Source of the DNA: Pseudomonadota bacterium
GTDB lineage: Bacteria > Pseudomonadota > Alphaproteobacteria > RF32 > CAG-239
Assembly: GCA_018362935.1 (NCBI GenBank)
Contig: JAHALQ010000007.1
Location: 512 to 64,511 of the forward strand
DNA: 64,000 nt
Reading direction: 5' to 3'
Under the pieces are notes generated by a model. It was given only the letters and a program-made list of their open reading frames with translations, did not search any database and was not told where the DNA came from. This document shows positions 53,617 to 62,446 of the stretch, piece by piece (position 1 is the stretch's first letter; each line of letters opens with the position of its first letter). The translations under genes were made by a program, and so were the position numbers.

Positions 53617-54748
53617 TTTTGTCCCCAAAGAAGTTTTAGCTTTTCTGCAACGCAAAAAATTAAAGCCGACCGATCATTGGACCGATCTTTGGCACGGCGA
53701 GCATGCCCGCTATTTTACGGTAGCCCGCTCGGTTTATGCCGATATTGTCAATGATGTCTATAACGAGGTGGTAAAAGCGATTGCCGAGGGCAGTACACTG
53801 AAGACTTTTCAAGAGCGGTTAACCCCGATTTTGCAGACAAAAGGCTGGTGGGGCAGGGCGGAGGACGGCGTACAACTCGGTTCGCCGCGACGATTACGCA
53901 CAATCTATGATACTAATTTACGAACTTCTTACGCCGCTGCCCGCTGGGAACGGATCCAGCGACGCAAAAAGTCGCGGCCGTATTTGCGGTATGTCTGCGT
54001 ACTGGATGAGAAAACACGCGCCGAGCATCGCCGCTGGCATGGTCTGATTTTACCGGTTGACGATCCGTTCTGGTCAACGCACTATCCGCCCAACGGCTGG
54101 CATTGCCGTTGTATGGTTCAGCAGGTCAGTAAAGAAGATATCGACGCCAACGGCTGGACGGTCGGCGAAAGTCCGGAAGAAAGCTATCGCAGCTGGGAAA
54201 ATACCGCCACCGGTGAGGTCAAGCAAATACCGGTCGGCATCGCTCCTGGCTTTGATTATAATGTCGGAGTGGCTAATTTGCGGGTCAAAGCTCGTGAGCA
54301 AGTGGCGGAAAAGCTTAGAAAAATCAATCCGGCCATTGCCGCAACCGCTGTTAACAGGCTTGTGCGCTGCGAAGATTTTGCTGATTTTTATAAAAATCCT
54401 CAGGGTTATTTTGCAGTAGGTGTTGTAGACAACATAATTAAACAGGCCTTAAAGGCCGAAGCGTCCGTTTGCTGTCTGTCTGACGAAACACTGCTTAAAA
54501 ATCAGGAACATCACCCGGATTTGACAATTGATGATTATAGATTGATGAACCATGTTCTGAGCGATTATGATATTTTAGTGCAGGATACCGCCAAAAGCGT
54601 GGTTGCGGTCAAAAAGATTGCCGATAAAAATTATTGGCTGGCGGTGAAAGTCACCCGCAAAGGCAACGAAATTTTTACGACGACGTTTCACTTGGCAGAA
54701 GACCGTCAGCTGCGCAAACTGATGACCAAAGGAAAGCGTTTAAAATAG
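53606..54748 (+). CDS. MuF/SPP1 gp7-family head morphogenesis protein with C-terminal extension domain
   Basis: Core motif PPNGWHCRCMV. Residues from about 250 to 380 form a separate predicted domain. Confidence 0.8.
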   Translation: MSNNFVPKEVLAFLQRKKLKPTDHWTDLWHGEHARYFTVARSVYADIVNDVYNEVVKAIAEGSTLKTFQERLTPILQTKGWWGRAEDGVQLGSPRRLRTIYDTNLRTSYAAARWERIQRRKKSRPYLRYVCVLDEKTRAEHRRWHGLILPVDDPFWSTHYPPNGWHCRCMVQQVSKEDIDANGWTVGESPEESYRSWENTATGEVKQIPVGIAPGFDYNVGVANLRVKAREQVAEKLRKINPAIAATAVNRLVRCEDFADFYKNPQGYFAVGVVDNIIKQALKAEASVCCLSDETLLKNQEHHPDLTIDDYRLMNHVLSDYDILVQDTAKSVVAVKKIADKNYWLAVKVTRKGNEIFTTTFHLAEDRQLRKLMTKGKRLK

Positions 54749-54827
54749 AAAAAGAAGTGTGGCAGAGCTGGACACTTCTGCACGCGAGCACCGCCAGGCG
54801 GGTCTACGGCCTCCAGATTCACCGTGT

Positions 54828-54856
54828 TTCACACTTCTTATACTCTATCATATAAT
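54828..54856 (+). promoter_or_regulatory. near-consensus sigma70 promoter for the inserted membrane-protein gene
   Basis: TTCACA-17 nt-TATAAT. Confidence 0.55.
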
Positions 54857-54989
54857 AGCAAAACAAATTTTTCAAGTTTTTAATTCATTTTTCAAAAAGC
54901 CGTTTTTATAAGCCTTAGACAATCAACTTTACTTTTTAGGGGTAAAGTTATATAAGTAACGCAATTGATTAATCTACCCCATTTAAAGG

Positions 54990-55688
54990 GTGTTTAACGA
55001 AAGCGTTAAGATGAAAGAAAAAAACGAGCTAACTCCTAAAAGTGACGAACAAATCCAAAAAGAAGCAAGAGAAGAGGTTGTTAAGGCTTTAACTTATTAC
55101 AGAAACACGTTTGGAGAAGAATATGCAAATATATCTTCCGAGCTTGTTAATTTTACTGACAGAATTTATCAGAATATTCAATCGGCGATTAATTATGCTT
55201 TTTTATTAAACAGTGGCGCGGCGGCTGCTCTTTGCAGTATGCTAAACGGTCATGATTCATTAGTCTGTAGTTTGCTTTTTTTCTTTGCCGTAGGAATAAT
55301 TTTGACCTCCGTATCTTTAGGTCTTATTTCTACATCTCGTTCTTATTATTTAGAGTATCTAACAGTAGAAAAAGAACGTTTTAACGGAATGCTCTACTTA
55401 TTGGACAAAGAGATTGAAGATGAAACCTTTAAACCGCAAGAAACGGTATGCTTTGAAAAAGTTGAAGAATATTTTGGCAAAAGTTCCGATCTGGAAGAAT
55501 CATATAAGAAATATCAGAATTTTTCAAGAAGAGCCGTTATCGCAGCCTTTGTTGTTTTTTTTGTGACTTTTTTCATAGGACTTTTTACCTTTGCTCAAAG
55601 TTCAGTTCCAAATCAGCAAATCTCCTATTCCGATTTATCTTATCCGGGCGTTCAAATTACCCCGCTTCCCGTAACAAAACCTAACTAG
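54990..55688 (+). CDS. three-TM membrane protein in accessory cassette (start GTG 54990 or ATG 55011)
   Basis: AT-rich ORF with hydrophobic segments AINYAFLLNSGAAAALCSML, LVCSLLFFFAVGIILTSVSLGLI and AVIAAFVVFFVTFFIGLFTFA. Confidence 0.6.
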   Translation: MFNESVKMKEKNELTPKSDEQIQKEAREEVVKALTYYRNTFGEEYANISSELVNFTDRIYQNIQSAINYAFLLNSGAAAALCSMLNGHDSLVCSLLFFFAVGIILTSVSLGLISTSRSYYLEYLTVEKERFNGMLYLLDKEIEDETFKPQETVCFEKVEEYFGKSSDLEESYKKYQNFSRRAVIAAFVVFFVTFFIGLFTFAQSSVPNQQISYSDLSYPGVQITPLPVTKPN

Positions 55689-55717
55689 GTTTTGTTTAAA
55701 CCAATTCTTTAACAAAA

Positions 55718-55738
55718 GCAACGCGGACACCTGTCCGT
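55718..55738 (+). promoter_or_regulatory. late-promoter dyad, copy 2 (upstream of protease/scaffold gene)
   Basis: GCAACGCGGAC-ACCT-GTCCGT. A TATGTT hexamer starts about 32 nt from the dyad centre. Confidence 0.5.
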
Positions 55739-55774
55739 CTATTTAAATACCCTCTATCGGCCTATGTTGAAAGC

Positions 55775-56836
55775 ATGACCGATACACGTTTTTACATATC
55801 TCACAATGCTTTGCAGCTGGCGCTCAATCCGGACAATTCGGTGCCGGATGAAGTGCAGCTGCTTCCCTACGGCAAAATCAAAGGCCGCGACGGCCGCAAA
55901 TTCGCCATGTTCGACATTGCGGCGGTCATTTCCAATACGCTTAAATGGTACAACCCCGATTCCGGTTCTGACAAGTTGGATCTGGTAATTGATTATGAAC
56001 ATCAGACTTTGTTTACGGACAAAAACGGCGCACCGGCGCCGGCAGCAGCCTGGATTAAAGAACTGGTAAACAAAGGTAAAGATGGTCTTTGGGGTAAAGT
56101 CGAATGGACGGACAGAGCCAAAAAGCAAATTGCCGGGCGGGAATATCGCTATTTGTCACCGGTGTTTCGTCATGACGAAAAAGGTAATGTTCTTGCCTTG
56201 ACTTGTGCCGGATTGACAAATTACCCGAACCTTGAATTACAAGCGTTCAACAAATCTAACCTTAACAATCAGGAGGACAAACAAGTGGATATACTTGCAA
56301 AACTCATTCAGCTGTTAGGTTTGCCTGAGAGTTCCAGCGAACAAGATGTTTTTGATGCCGTAACCCAGCTGAAGTCAGCCGGCGGACAGGCCTCATTGAA
56401 CAAAATCGCCGGACTTTTAGCAACTGCAGCAGATGAACAATCAATCATTACTGCCATCAATAAGCAAAAGGCGGAAAGCGTCGACGCGACTAAATATGCT
56501 GCTTTGAGCCAGCAGATTACCGAACTCAAAGAGCAGGTTGCCGCCAATAAAGCGGAATCTGCCGTCAGTCAGGCAATTGCCGACGGTAAGTTGATACCGG
56601 CCTTAAAAAACAATGCCTTGGCTATTCACAAAAGCCTGGGCGAAGCGGCCTTTAACGACTTTGTCGCCAAAATGCCGCAGTTGGCACTGAACAAATCCGA
56701 TGCCCCGACCGGCACTCCGCCGGCCAGCGAAGGCAGTCTGACCGGTGTTGAACTGGCCGTATGCAAAGCTTTGGGCATCTCGCAAGAGGATTATAAGAAA
56801 ACCTTAAAACAGGAGAAAGAAGATGCCGCAGTTTAA
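55775..56836 (+). CDS. Mu gpI-like head protease/scaffold protein
   Basis: VQLLPYGKIKGRDGRKF N-terminal pattern, an Ala/Gln/Lys-rich scaffold-like C-terminus, and a position before the major head gene. Confidence 0.75.
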   Translation: MTDTRFYISHNALQLALNPDNSVPDEVQLLPYGKIKGRDGRKFAMFDIAAVISNTLKWYNPDSGSDKLDLVIDYEHQTLFTDKNGAPAPAAAWIKELVNKGKDGLWGKVEWTDRAKKQIAGREYRYLSPVFRHDEKGNVLALTCAGLTNYPNLELQAFNKSNLNNQEDKQVDILAKLIQLLGLPESSSEQDVFDAVTQLKSAGGQASLNKIAGLLATAADEQSIITAINKQKAESVDATKYAALSQQITELKEQVAANKAESAVSQAIADGKLIPALKNNALAIHKSLGEAAFNDFVAKMPQLALNKSDAPTGTPPASEGSLTGVELAVCKALGISQEDYKKTLKQEKEDAAV

Positions 56837-57185
56837 TGCAGAAGAAAGACAAGGCCGAACGGCGGTCTTTACCCTCAAAGCCGACGAAAAAGTCTATGAG
56901 GGCGAAATCGGCACGATTGACGCGACCGGCGTTGCCGTTGCTGCCAAAGCCGCCGCCGGCCTAAAAGCCTTTGGCCGGATTGAACAGATTGATGGCGGCT
57001 CTGTGACCATGAAAAAAGGCTGTTTTAAGTATCAGAACTCTGCCACTGACGGCTTGACCGTCGCAGACATCGGCAGCGACTGTTACATTGAAGACAGCTG
57101 CACCGTCTGCAAAACCGCAACCGGAAAATCCAAAGCCGGCACTGTCTTCCTGATTGAAGATTCTGCCGTTTGGGTCAAATTTTAA
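56823..57185 (+). CDS. small head-associated protein (DUF2190-like)
   Basis: 120 aa, between the protease/scaffold and major capsid genes. Confidence 0.4.
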   Translation: MPQFNAEERQGRTAVFTLKADEKVYEGEIGTIDATGVAVAAKAAAGLKAFGRIEQIDGGSVTMKKGCFKYQNSATDGLTVADIGSDCYIEDSCTVCKTATGKSKAGTVFLIEDSAVWVKF

Positions 57186-57199
57186 GAAGGAAAACACTG

Positions 57200-58090
57200 A
57201 TGAAACTTAATTCAGACACATTAAAAGCGCTTAACACCGCTGTAAAAACCATTTTCCAGAGCGCATTTTCCGGAGCAAAAACCGAATATCAGAAAATTGC
57301 GATGGTGGTGCCGAGCAACAAAGGTTCCAATACTTATCCGTGGCTGGGCAACTCGTTTAACCTGCGTGAGTGGGTCGGAGAGCGCGTTATCCAAAACCTC
57401 AAAGAATATGACTACACCATCAAAAACAAAAAGTACGAAGGTACGGTTGCCATTCCCGAAGAGGCCATCGAAGACGATGACATCGGTTTGTATAATCCGC
57501 TTATTGCCAATATGGGCGATGCCGCGGCCAAACATCCGGATGAATTGATTTTCGGGCTTCTCAAAGCCGGAACATCAACCCTTTGCTATGATAAGCAGAA
57601 TTTCTTCGATACAGACCATCCGGTGCTGCAGGACGGCAAAGAAGTTTCGGTTTCCAACTATAAGACCGGCAGTTCCGCCGCCTGGTATTTGCTGGATACC
57701 TCGCGCCCGGTCAAGCCGCTGATTTATCAGAAACGTAAGGAATACAGCCTGATCAAGAAAGACGGCGAGAAAGACGATAACCGTTTCTGGGAAGGCAAAG
57801 TTGTCTATGGTACCGACGGCCGCGGCAATGCCGGGTTCGGTTTCTGGCAGATGGCCTATTGCTCAAAAGAAGACCTGACTGCCGCCAACTTCGAGGCTGC
57901 TTATGCCGCGATGTGCTCTTTCAAAGGCGACAACGGCAAGCCGCTCGGCATCCGTCCGACCGTCCTGGTGGTGCCGCCGTCACTCCGCTCCAAGGCAAAC
58001 AGCATTGTCACCGCTGACAAACTGGCTAACGGTGCCGACAACCCGAACAAGAATCTGGTTGAAGTCATGGATACCACTTGGCTGGCTTAA
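57200..58090 (+). CDS. major head subunit (Mu gpT-like)
   Basis: About 297 aa. Position and sequence fit the gpT family (YPWLGN..., VLVVPPSL). Confidence 0.8.
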   Translation: MKLNSDTLKALNTAVKTIFQSAFSGAKTEYQKIAMVVPSNKGSNTYPWLGNSFNLREWVGERVIQNLKEYDYTIKNKKYEGTVAIPEEAIEDDDIGLYNPLIANMGDAAAKHPDELIFGLLKAGTSTLCYDKQNFFDTDHPVLQDGKEVSVSNYKTGSSAAWYLLDTSRPVKPLIYQKRKEYSLIKKDGEKDDNRFWEGKVVYGTDGRGNAGFGFWQMAYCSKEDLTAANFEAAYAAMCSFKGDNGKPLGIRPTVLVVPPSLRSKANSIVTADKLANGADNPNKNLVEVMDTTWLA

Positions 58091-58101
58091 GGAGAAATCA
58101 T

Positions 58102-58488
58102 ATGGCGAAAATTGTTGATGGATATGATTTTAGCGGCAAATCGCTGCTGATTACCGCCAAGGTTGACGGCTTTCGCCGCGGCGGCTGCCGCCACTCGGCA
58201 ACCGAGACTTTGCGTTCGGTTGATGAGTTCAGCGATGAACAGCTGGGTCAGATCTTGGCCGAAAGCGGCCAAAACCTGATTGTCAAAGTGGTTGAAGTGA
58301 AAGGAATGGAAGGCGGCGGCCAGCCGCCCGCCGTTCCGGAGAACGCTCTTAAACTGGTTAAAGCGGCGATTGCCGAGCTGGAAGCTGCCGGCGACAAAAT
58401 TAACGTTGCCAACCTGACGGCTAAAGCCGGTTTTAAGGTCTCCGGCGCATTAAAAGACCAGGCTATCGCTGAAATGGCAGAAAAATAA
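58102..58488 (+). CDS. FluMu gp35/HI1506-like protein
   Basis: N-terminal LLITAKVDGFRRGG pattern, a position after the capsid gene, and a helical C-terminal tail. Confidence 0.45.
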   Translation: MAKIVDGYDFSGKSLLITAKVDGFRRGGCRHSATETLRSVDEFSDEQLGQILAESGQNLIVKVVEVKGMEGGGQPPAVPENALKLVKAAIAELEAAGDKINVANLTAKAGFKVSGALKDQAIAEMAEK

Positions 58489-58500
58489 GGAAAACAGGGC

Positions 58501-58917
58501 ATGTATGCAAACAAGGAAGATTTGATAAAACGCTTCGGCGAACGGGAAATTGTGGCTTTGGCCTCCAATGACGAAGAAATTATTGTTGATTCGGTCGTTG
58601 ATACAGCTTTGTCTGACGCCGAAGAGCTTATCAATTCTTACGTTGCGGTCAAATATGCCCTGCCTTTAACCACCGTTCCGGCTGCATTGAAGCGCATCTG
58701 CTGCGACTTTGCCCGCTATTTCATGTACAAGGAGGTGATTCCGGAGGAAGTTGAAAAAACATACGAACGCAACCTGACTTTTCTGAAAGACATTGCCCGC
58801 GGCGTGGTCGTGCTGGGCAATGCCGAGACGGGACAAACCCCCGAACAGGCGGGAGACGTGATTTATTCCGGCAGTGCCGACCGCTTGTTTTCTCACAAAC
58901 AGCTGAAAGGTTTCTGA
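58501..58917 (+). CDS. DUF1320 / Mu gp36-like head-tail connector protein
   Basis: MYANKEDLIKRFGEREI... pattern with the expected size and position. Confidence 0.65.
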   Translation: MYANKEDLIKRFGEREIVALASNDEEIIVDSVVDTALSDAEELINSYVAVKYALPLTTVPAALKRICCDFARYFMYKEVIPEEVEKTYERNLTFLKDIARGVVVLGNAETGQTPEQAGDVIYSGSADRLFSHKQLKGF

Positions 58918-58918
58918 T

Positions 58919-59350
58919 ATGGTAAGCGTCAGCGCAAAATTTAAAGAGTTGGACAAGTATATTGAGAACTTCAAAAGCCTTAATGATGAGGCCAAAGAGA
59001 ACCTGAACGACCACATTGCCGGCGTTTTGGAAAGTTCTACCGTTCGGCGTTTTGAAACTGAGAAAGATCCGGAAGGCAAAAGCTGGAAGCCTAACCTTCG
59101 CGGCGGCAAAATTCTAACGCTGCACGGCTATTTATGCGGCAGCATTATCGGCCAGGCCACCAAAGATTATGCCGAAGTCGGTTCGGTACTGGAGTATTCG
59201 CGTATTCATCAGGAAGGAGGCGTGATTCAATTTGTTAAGAAAAAAGGCTCTGTCACCATGCCGGCGCGTCCTTACTTGGGCGTTTCAAAACAGGACAAAG
59301 CCGCTATCGGCCGCGTGATCGAAAGTTTTATTAACGGAGCTTTATCATGA
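58919..59350 (+). CDS. virion morphogenesis protein (Mu gpG / P2 gpS family)
   Basis: Size, position and the ...PARPYLG motif. Confidence 0.6.
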   Translation: MVSVSAKFKELDKYIENFKSLNDEAKENLNDHIAGVLESSTVRRFETEKDPEGKSWKPNLRGGKILTLHGYLCGSIIGQATKDYAEVGSVLEYSRIHQEGGVIQFVKKKGSVTMPARPYLGVSKQDKAAIGRVIESFINGALS

Positions 59351-59931
59351 CTCGGCCTTTTGAAAATCCGATTTTAAGCATTGAAAAAGCCATCATTGCC
59401 AGGCTGCAAAAAGCCGTTGATGACGGTCTGCTCGGGTATAAAATTCCGGTTATAGCCTCTTATGCCGGAGAGGGCGACGACGATATCCCGCATCTTATCA
59501 AAACCCGCAGTCCCGCGGTTTGGGTTACCTACAGCGGTGAAGAAGCGTCACAGATCGGCAGCAAAGATGTCAACGCCTATTTTATGCTGATCATCTATGT
59601 ACGCAACAACCGTTCGGAAAATGCCGCCCGCGAAGGTTCGCTTAACCACGCCGGCGCTTATCAGTTAATCAGCGACCTTAAAAAGCTGCTGATTAAGCAA
59701 GATCTGGGTCTGCCGATCGAACCTTTTGCTTTTATTGAAGCCAAGCCGATTATCAACGCCCGGTTGGAGAAATACTATACCACCATGTTCGGTTTACGCT
59801 TCAAAACCCTGTACACCCAACCGGCTTCAAACAAGCCCTATGCGGAACTGTCCGATTTCCTGCGTGTCAAAGGCAAATGGATTATCGGCCAAAATGAACA
59901 AGAAGTTTTATTTAACGTTAACAAGGAGTAA
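59347..59931 (+). CDS. DUF1834 / Mu gp37-like protein
   Basis: Assigned from position and size in the Mu tail-proximal block. Confidence 0.5.
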   Translation: MTRPFENPILSIEKAIIARLQKAVDDGLLGYKIPVIASYAGEGDDDIPHLIKTRSPAVWVTYSGEEASQIGSKDVNAYFMLIIYVRNNRSENAAREGSLNHAGAYQLISDLKKLLIKQDLGLPIEPFAFIEAKPIINARLEKYYTTMFGLRFKTLYTQPASNKPYAELSDFLRVKGKWIIGQNEQEVLFNVNKE

Positions 59932-59934
59932 CCG

Positions 59935-60108
59935 ATGCCAAAAATTTTTGTAAAACCGGCAAAAGACGACCTGAAGGTCTATAAACCCGACATGACCGTT
60001 CTTTCCGCCAACGGCGAACCCGTCGAAGATAATATCTACTGGCGGCGCCGCCAACGTGACAACGAAATTGTCATTGAATCTGTTAAACCTGCCAAAAAAG
60101 GAAAATAA
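59935..60108 (+). CDS. 57-aa Mu gp38-like (DUF2635) protein, not in ORF track
   Basis: Hand translation gives MPKIFVKPAKDDLKVYKPDMTVLSANGEPVEDNIYWRRRQRDNEIVIESVKPAKKGK. AAGGAG RBS, immediately upstream of the sheath gene. Confidence 0.6.
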   Translation: MPKIFVKPAKDDLKVYKPDMTVLSANGEPVEDNIYWRRRQRDNEIVIESVKPAKKGK

Positions 60109-60109
60109 C

Positions 60110-61579
60110 ATGGTACAATCTATAGATTATGATGAAATCACCCAGACCCGGGTTCCCGGCGCCTATTGCGAGATAGACAATTCTCTGGCCAATCGGGGCT
60201 TGTCCGGCAAACCCTCAGCCGGGCTGCTGATCGGGCAAAAGCTGGCCGGGTTGTTGGAATACAACAAAATTTCCGGACTGATTAACAATGCCGATCAGGT
60301 TATTCCGTTGGCAGGCGAGGGCTCCGAACTGCATCGCATGGCCAAAGCTTGGTTCAAAAATAACAAACAAAGCAAGCTTTTTATTATCGCGGTTGAACAG
60401 ACCGAAGGCACGGCAGCCGTTTATCATCTGGCTGTTACCGCCGCTCAGGTCAAAGCCGGTATGGTCAATTTGATGATCGGCGGTAGCCATGTTCGGCTGA
60501 CAATCAACGAAGGTGACACCGCCGCCGAAATTACCACGGCGCTGATTGCCAAAATTAACGCTAATGCCATGCTTCCGGTTACGGCAGCCACGGTTGCCGA
60601 AAAAGATGCTGAGATTGATCTGACGGCCAAGCATAAAGGTGACAACGGCAATTTTATTGACATTCGGCTCAATTATTATGACGGCGAAACCACGGCCGAC
60701 GGCGTATCGGTAGCCGTTAGTCAAAAAACCAACGGTGCCGGCAATGCCAGTCTGGCCGATACAATTGCGGCCATCGGCGATTTTTACGCGCCGACGATTG
60801 TTTCTTCTTATACCGATGCCGCCAATATCCGGTTGTTGAAAGAAGAAATCAAACGCCGCTTTGGGGCGATGGTCAATAATGAAAGCTCTGTTTATATGGT
60901 GTTTAAAGGCACTTTAAGCGAAATGTTAAACAAAGTTGAGGGTGTTAATCACCAGTGCTTCAGCGTCATGATGGACTATAAAAGCCCGAATATGCCGGAA
61001 GAACGTGCAAGCGCTTATGCTGCCGTTTCGGCAATCGAGTTCCAGAAAGATCCGGCGCGCCAGATTGCCGGTTTGGAACTGGTCGGCGACCTGCCGGCTC
61101 AGGAAGAACTGAGCGCCGAGGAACGCAATATGCTGCTTGAGGCCGGGGTTGCCACGGTCAAAGTTAATGCGGACGGTTGCACCATCATTGAACGCGAAGC
61201 GACCACATATCGCAAAAACAGTGTCGGTGCCACCGATACCAGCTATTTTGACATGACCACCACCCAGACCGTCATTTATCTGCGTTATTCGTGGAAAGAA
61301 CGGATCCAGCAGAAATTCCAGCGCTGCAAACTGGCGGGCGACGATTACGAAGTCCAACCGGGACAGAAAATTGTCACGCCGAAGGTCTTGACCGGCGAAA
61401 TTATCGCTTTGGCCGAAGATTGGCTGGCGGCAGGGCTGATTGAAGATATCAGCGGCTTTAAGAACACCATTCTTACCATGCTGGATGCCAATGATACCGA
61501 ACGGCTCAATCAACTGCTGCAGCCGAACCCAATAAACAACCTGCGCATTGCCGCCGGTAAACTGCAATTTGTTTGTTAA
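60110..61579 (+). CDS. contractile tail sheath protein (Mu gpL-like)
   Basis: About 490 aa. The N-terminal ...TRVPGAYCEID pattern is typical of sheath proteins. Confidence 0.85.
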   Translation: MVQSIDYDEITQTRVPGAYCEIDNSLANRGLSGKPSAGLLIGQKLAGLLEYNKISGLINNADQVIPLAGEGSELHRMAKAWFKNNKQSKLFIIAVEQTEGTAAVYHLAVTAAQVKAGMVNLMIGGSHVRLTINEGDTAAEITTALIAKINANAMLPVTAATVAEKDAEIDLTAKHKGDNGNFIDIRLNYYDGETTADGVSVAVSQKTNGAGNASLADTIAAIGDFYAPTIVSSYTDAANIRLLKEEIKRRFGAMVNNESSVYMVFKGTLSEMLNKVEGVNHQCFSVMMDYKSPNMPEERASAYAAVSAIEFQKDPARQIAGLELVGDLPAQEELSAEERNMLLEAGVATVKVNADGCTIIEREATTYRKNSVGATDTSYFDMTTTQTVIYLRYSWKERIQQKFQRCKLAGDDYEVQPGQKIVTPKVLTGEIIALAEDWLAAGLIEDISGFKNTILTMLDANDTERLNQLLQPNPINNLRIAAGKLQFVC

Positions 61580-61593
61580 AAAGGAACCTGTAC

Positions 61594-61956
61594 ATGAACA
61601 TGAATCCAAATATGAAGTATGGCGAAGGAACGCTGAAAGCCGACGGCGAAAACATTGAAATGATGGATATCAGTTATTCGCTGAACGGAAAAGTCCGTAC
61701 CGCTACCGATAACGGGCAGGGCTATACCACCCAAACCAAAGGCGGCTGGGTAAAAGGAAAAGTTCCGATGCGCCCGGGCCTTTCAATCGAAAAACTTAAA
61801 GCCATGGATGACGTGACCGTGGTTTGGGATCTCGACACCGGTCAAACCTATACTGCTGCCCATGCCTGGTTGGAGGGTGAACCGGAAGTCGTCAAAGACG
61901 GCTTTGAAGTTCAGTTCGGTTACAAAAAAGCCAACGAAATCGTCACGGGAGCTTAA
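61594..61956 (+). CDS. tail tube protein (Mu gpM-like)
   Basis: About 120 aa, directly after the sheath gene. Confidence 0.7.
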   Translation: MNMNPNMKYGEGTLKADGENIEMMDISYSLNGKVRTATDNGQGYTTQTKGGWVKGKVPMRPGLSIEKLKAMDDVTVVWDLDTGQTYTAAHAWLEGEPEVVKDGFEVQFGYKKANEIVTGA

Positions 61957-61959
61957 GAG

Positions 61960-62307
61960 ATGAATCAACAATTCACTTTAAAAGACGGCCTTAAAAACGG
62001 CAGTGAAACGCACAAAGACGTGGAGATACGGGCACTGACGGCCGGTGATATCATAATCGCCAACGAAAAAAGCCGCGAAGTCTTTTTGACGCCGCAGGGA
62101 CCGATTCTGATGTGTCCGAGTGACAAAGTTATGATCGAAGTACTTTGCCGGGTCATTACCAAATTCGGCGACCTGAAAATGCCTTTGAGTAAAGAAGAGT
62201 TTTATAAGCTTTCGCTTACCGATTTTGACATTTTAACCGAAAAATATCTTGAAATGCGGGAGAAGTCGGACCTCGACGCCCTGGGGCGAGATAGTCAGCC
62301 GCTATAA
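61960..62307 (+). CDS. tail assembly chaperone (short form)
   Basis: Located between the tube and tape-measure genes. Confidence 0.65.
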   Translation: MNQQFTLKDGLKNGSETHKDVEIRALTAGDIIIANEKSREVFLTPQGPILMCPSDKVMIEVLCRVITKFGDLKMPLSKEEFYKLSLTDFDILTEKYLEMREKSDLDALGRDSQPL

Positions 62308-62446
62308 TGACACGCTGGATCTGGTGTTGGTAGCGGCTCGTACCCTGCATTTCTCCGAAACCGAGATTCTGGATATGCCGCTTTCCCGCGTTATCCGTTA
62401 TCTTCAAAACCTAAACAAACTGAAAGACAAATATCAATGGCTGTAA
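62249..62446 (+). CDS. frameshift extension of the tail assembly chaperone (+1 frame)
   Basis: The ORF lacks its own ATG and RBS, overlaps the last 59 nt of the chaperone gene in the +1 frame, and ends at the tape-measure start. Confidence 0.5.
   Translation: MKCGRSRTSTPWGEIVSRYNDTLDLVLVAARTLHFSETEILDMPLSRVIRYLQNLNKLKDKYQWL

Noticed and set aside
54752-54840. A tRNA-like or retron/msr-like RNA in the GC-rich element after the MuF gene.
   Set aside because: There is no T-loop consensus, no cloverleaf, and no reverse transcriptase or other partner gene nearby. It is more simply read as an operon-end hairpin region overlapping the moron promoter.
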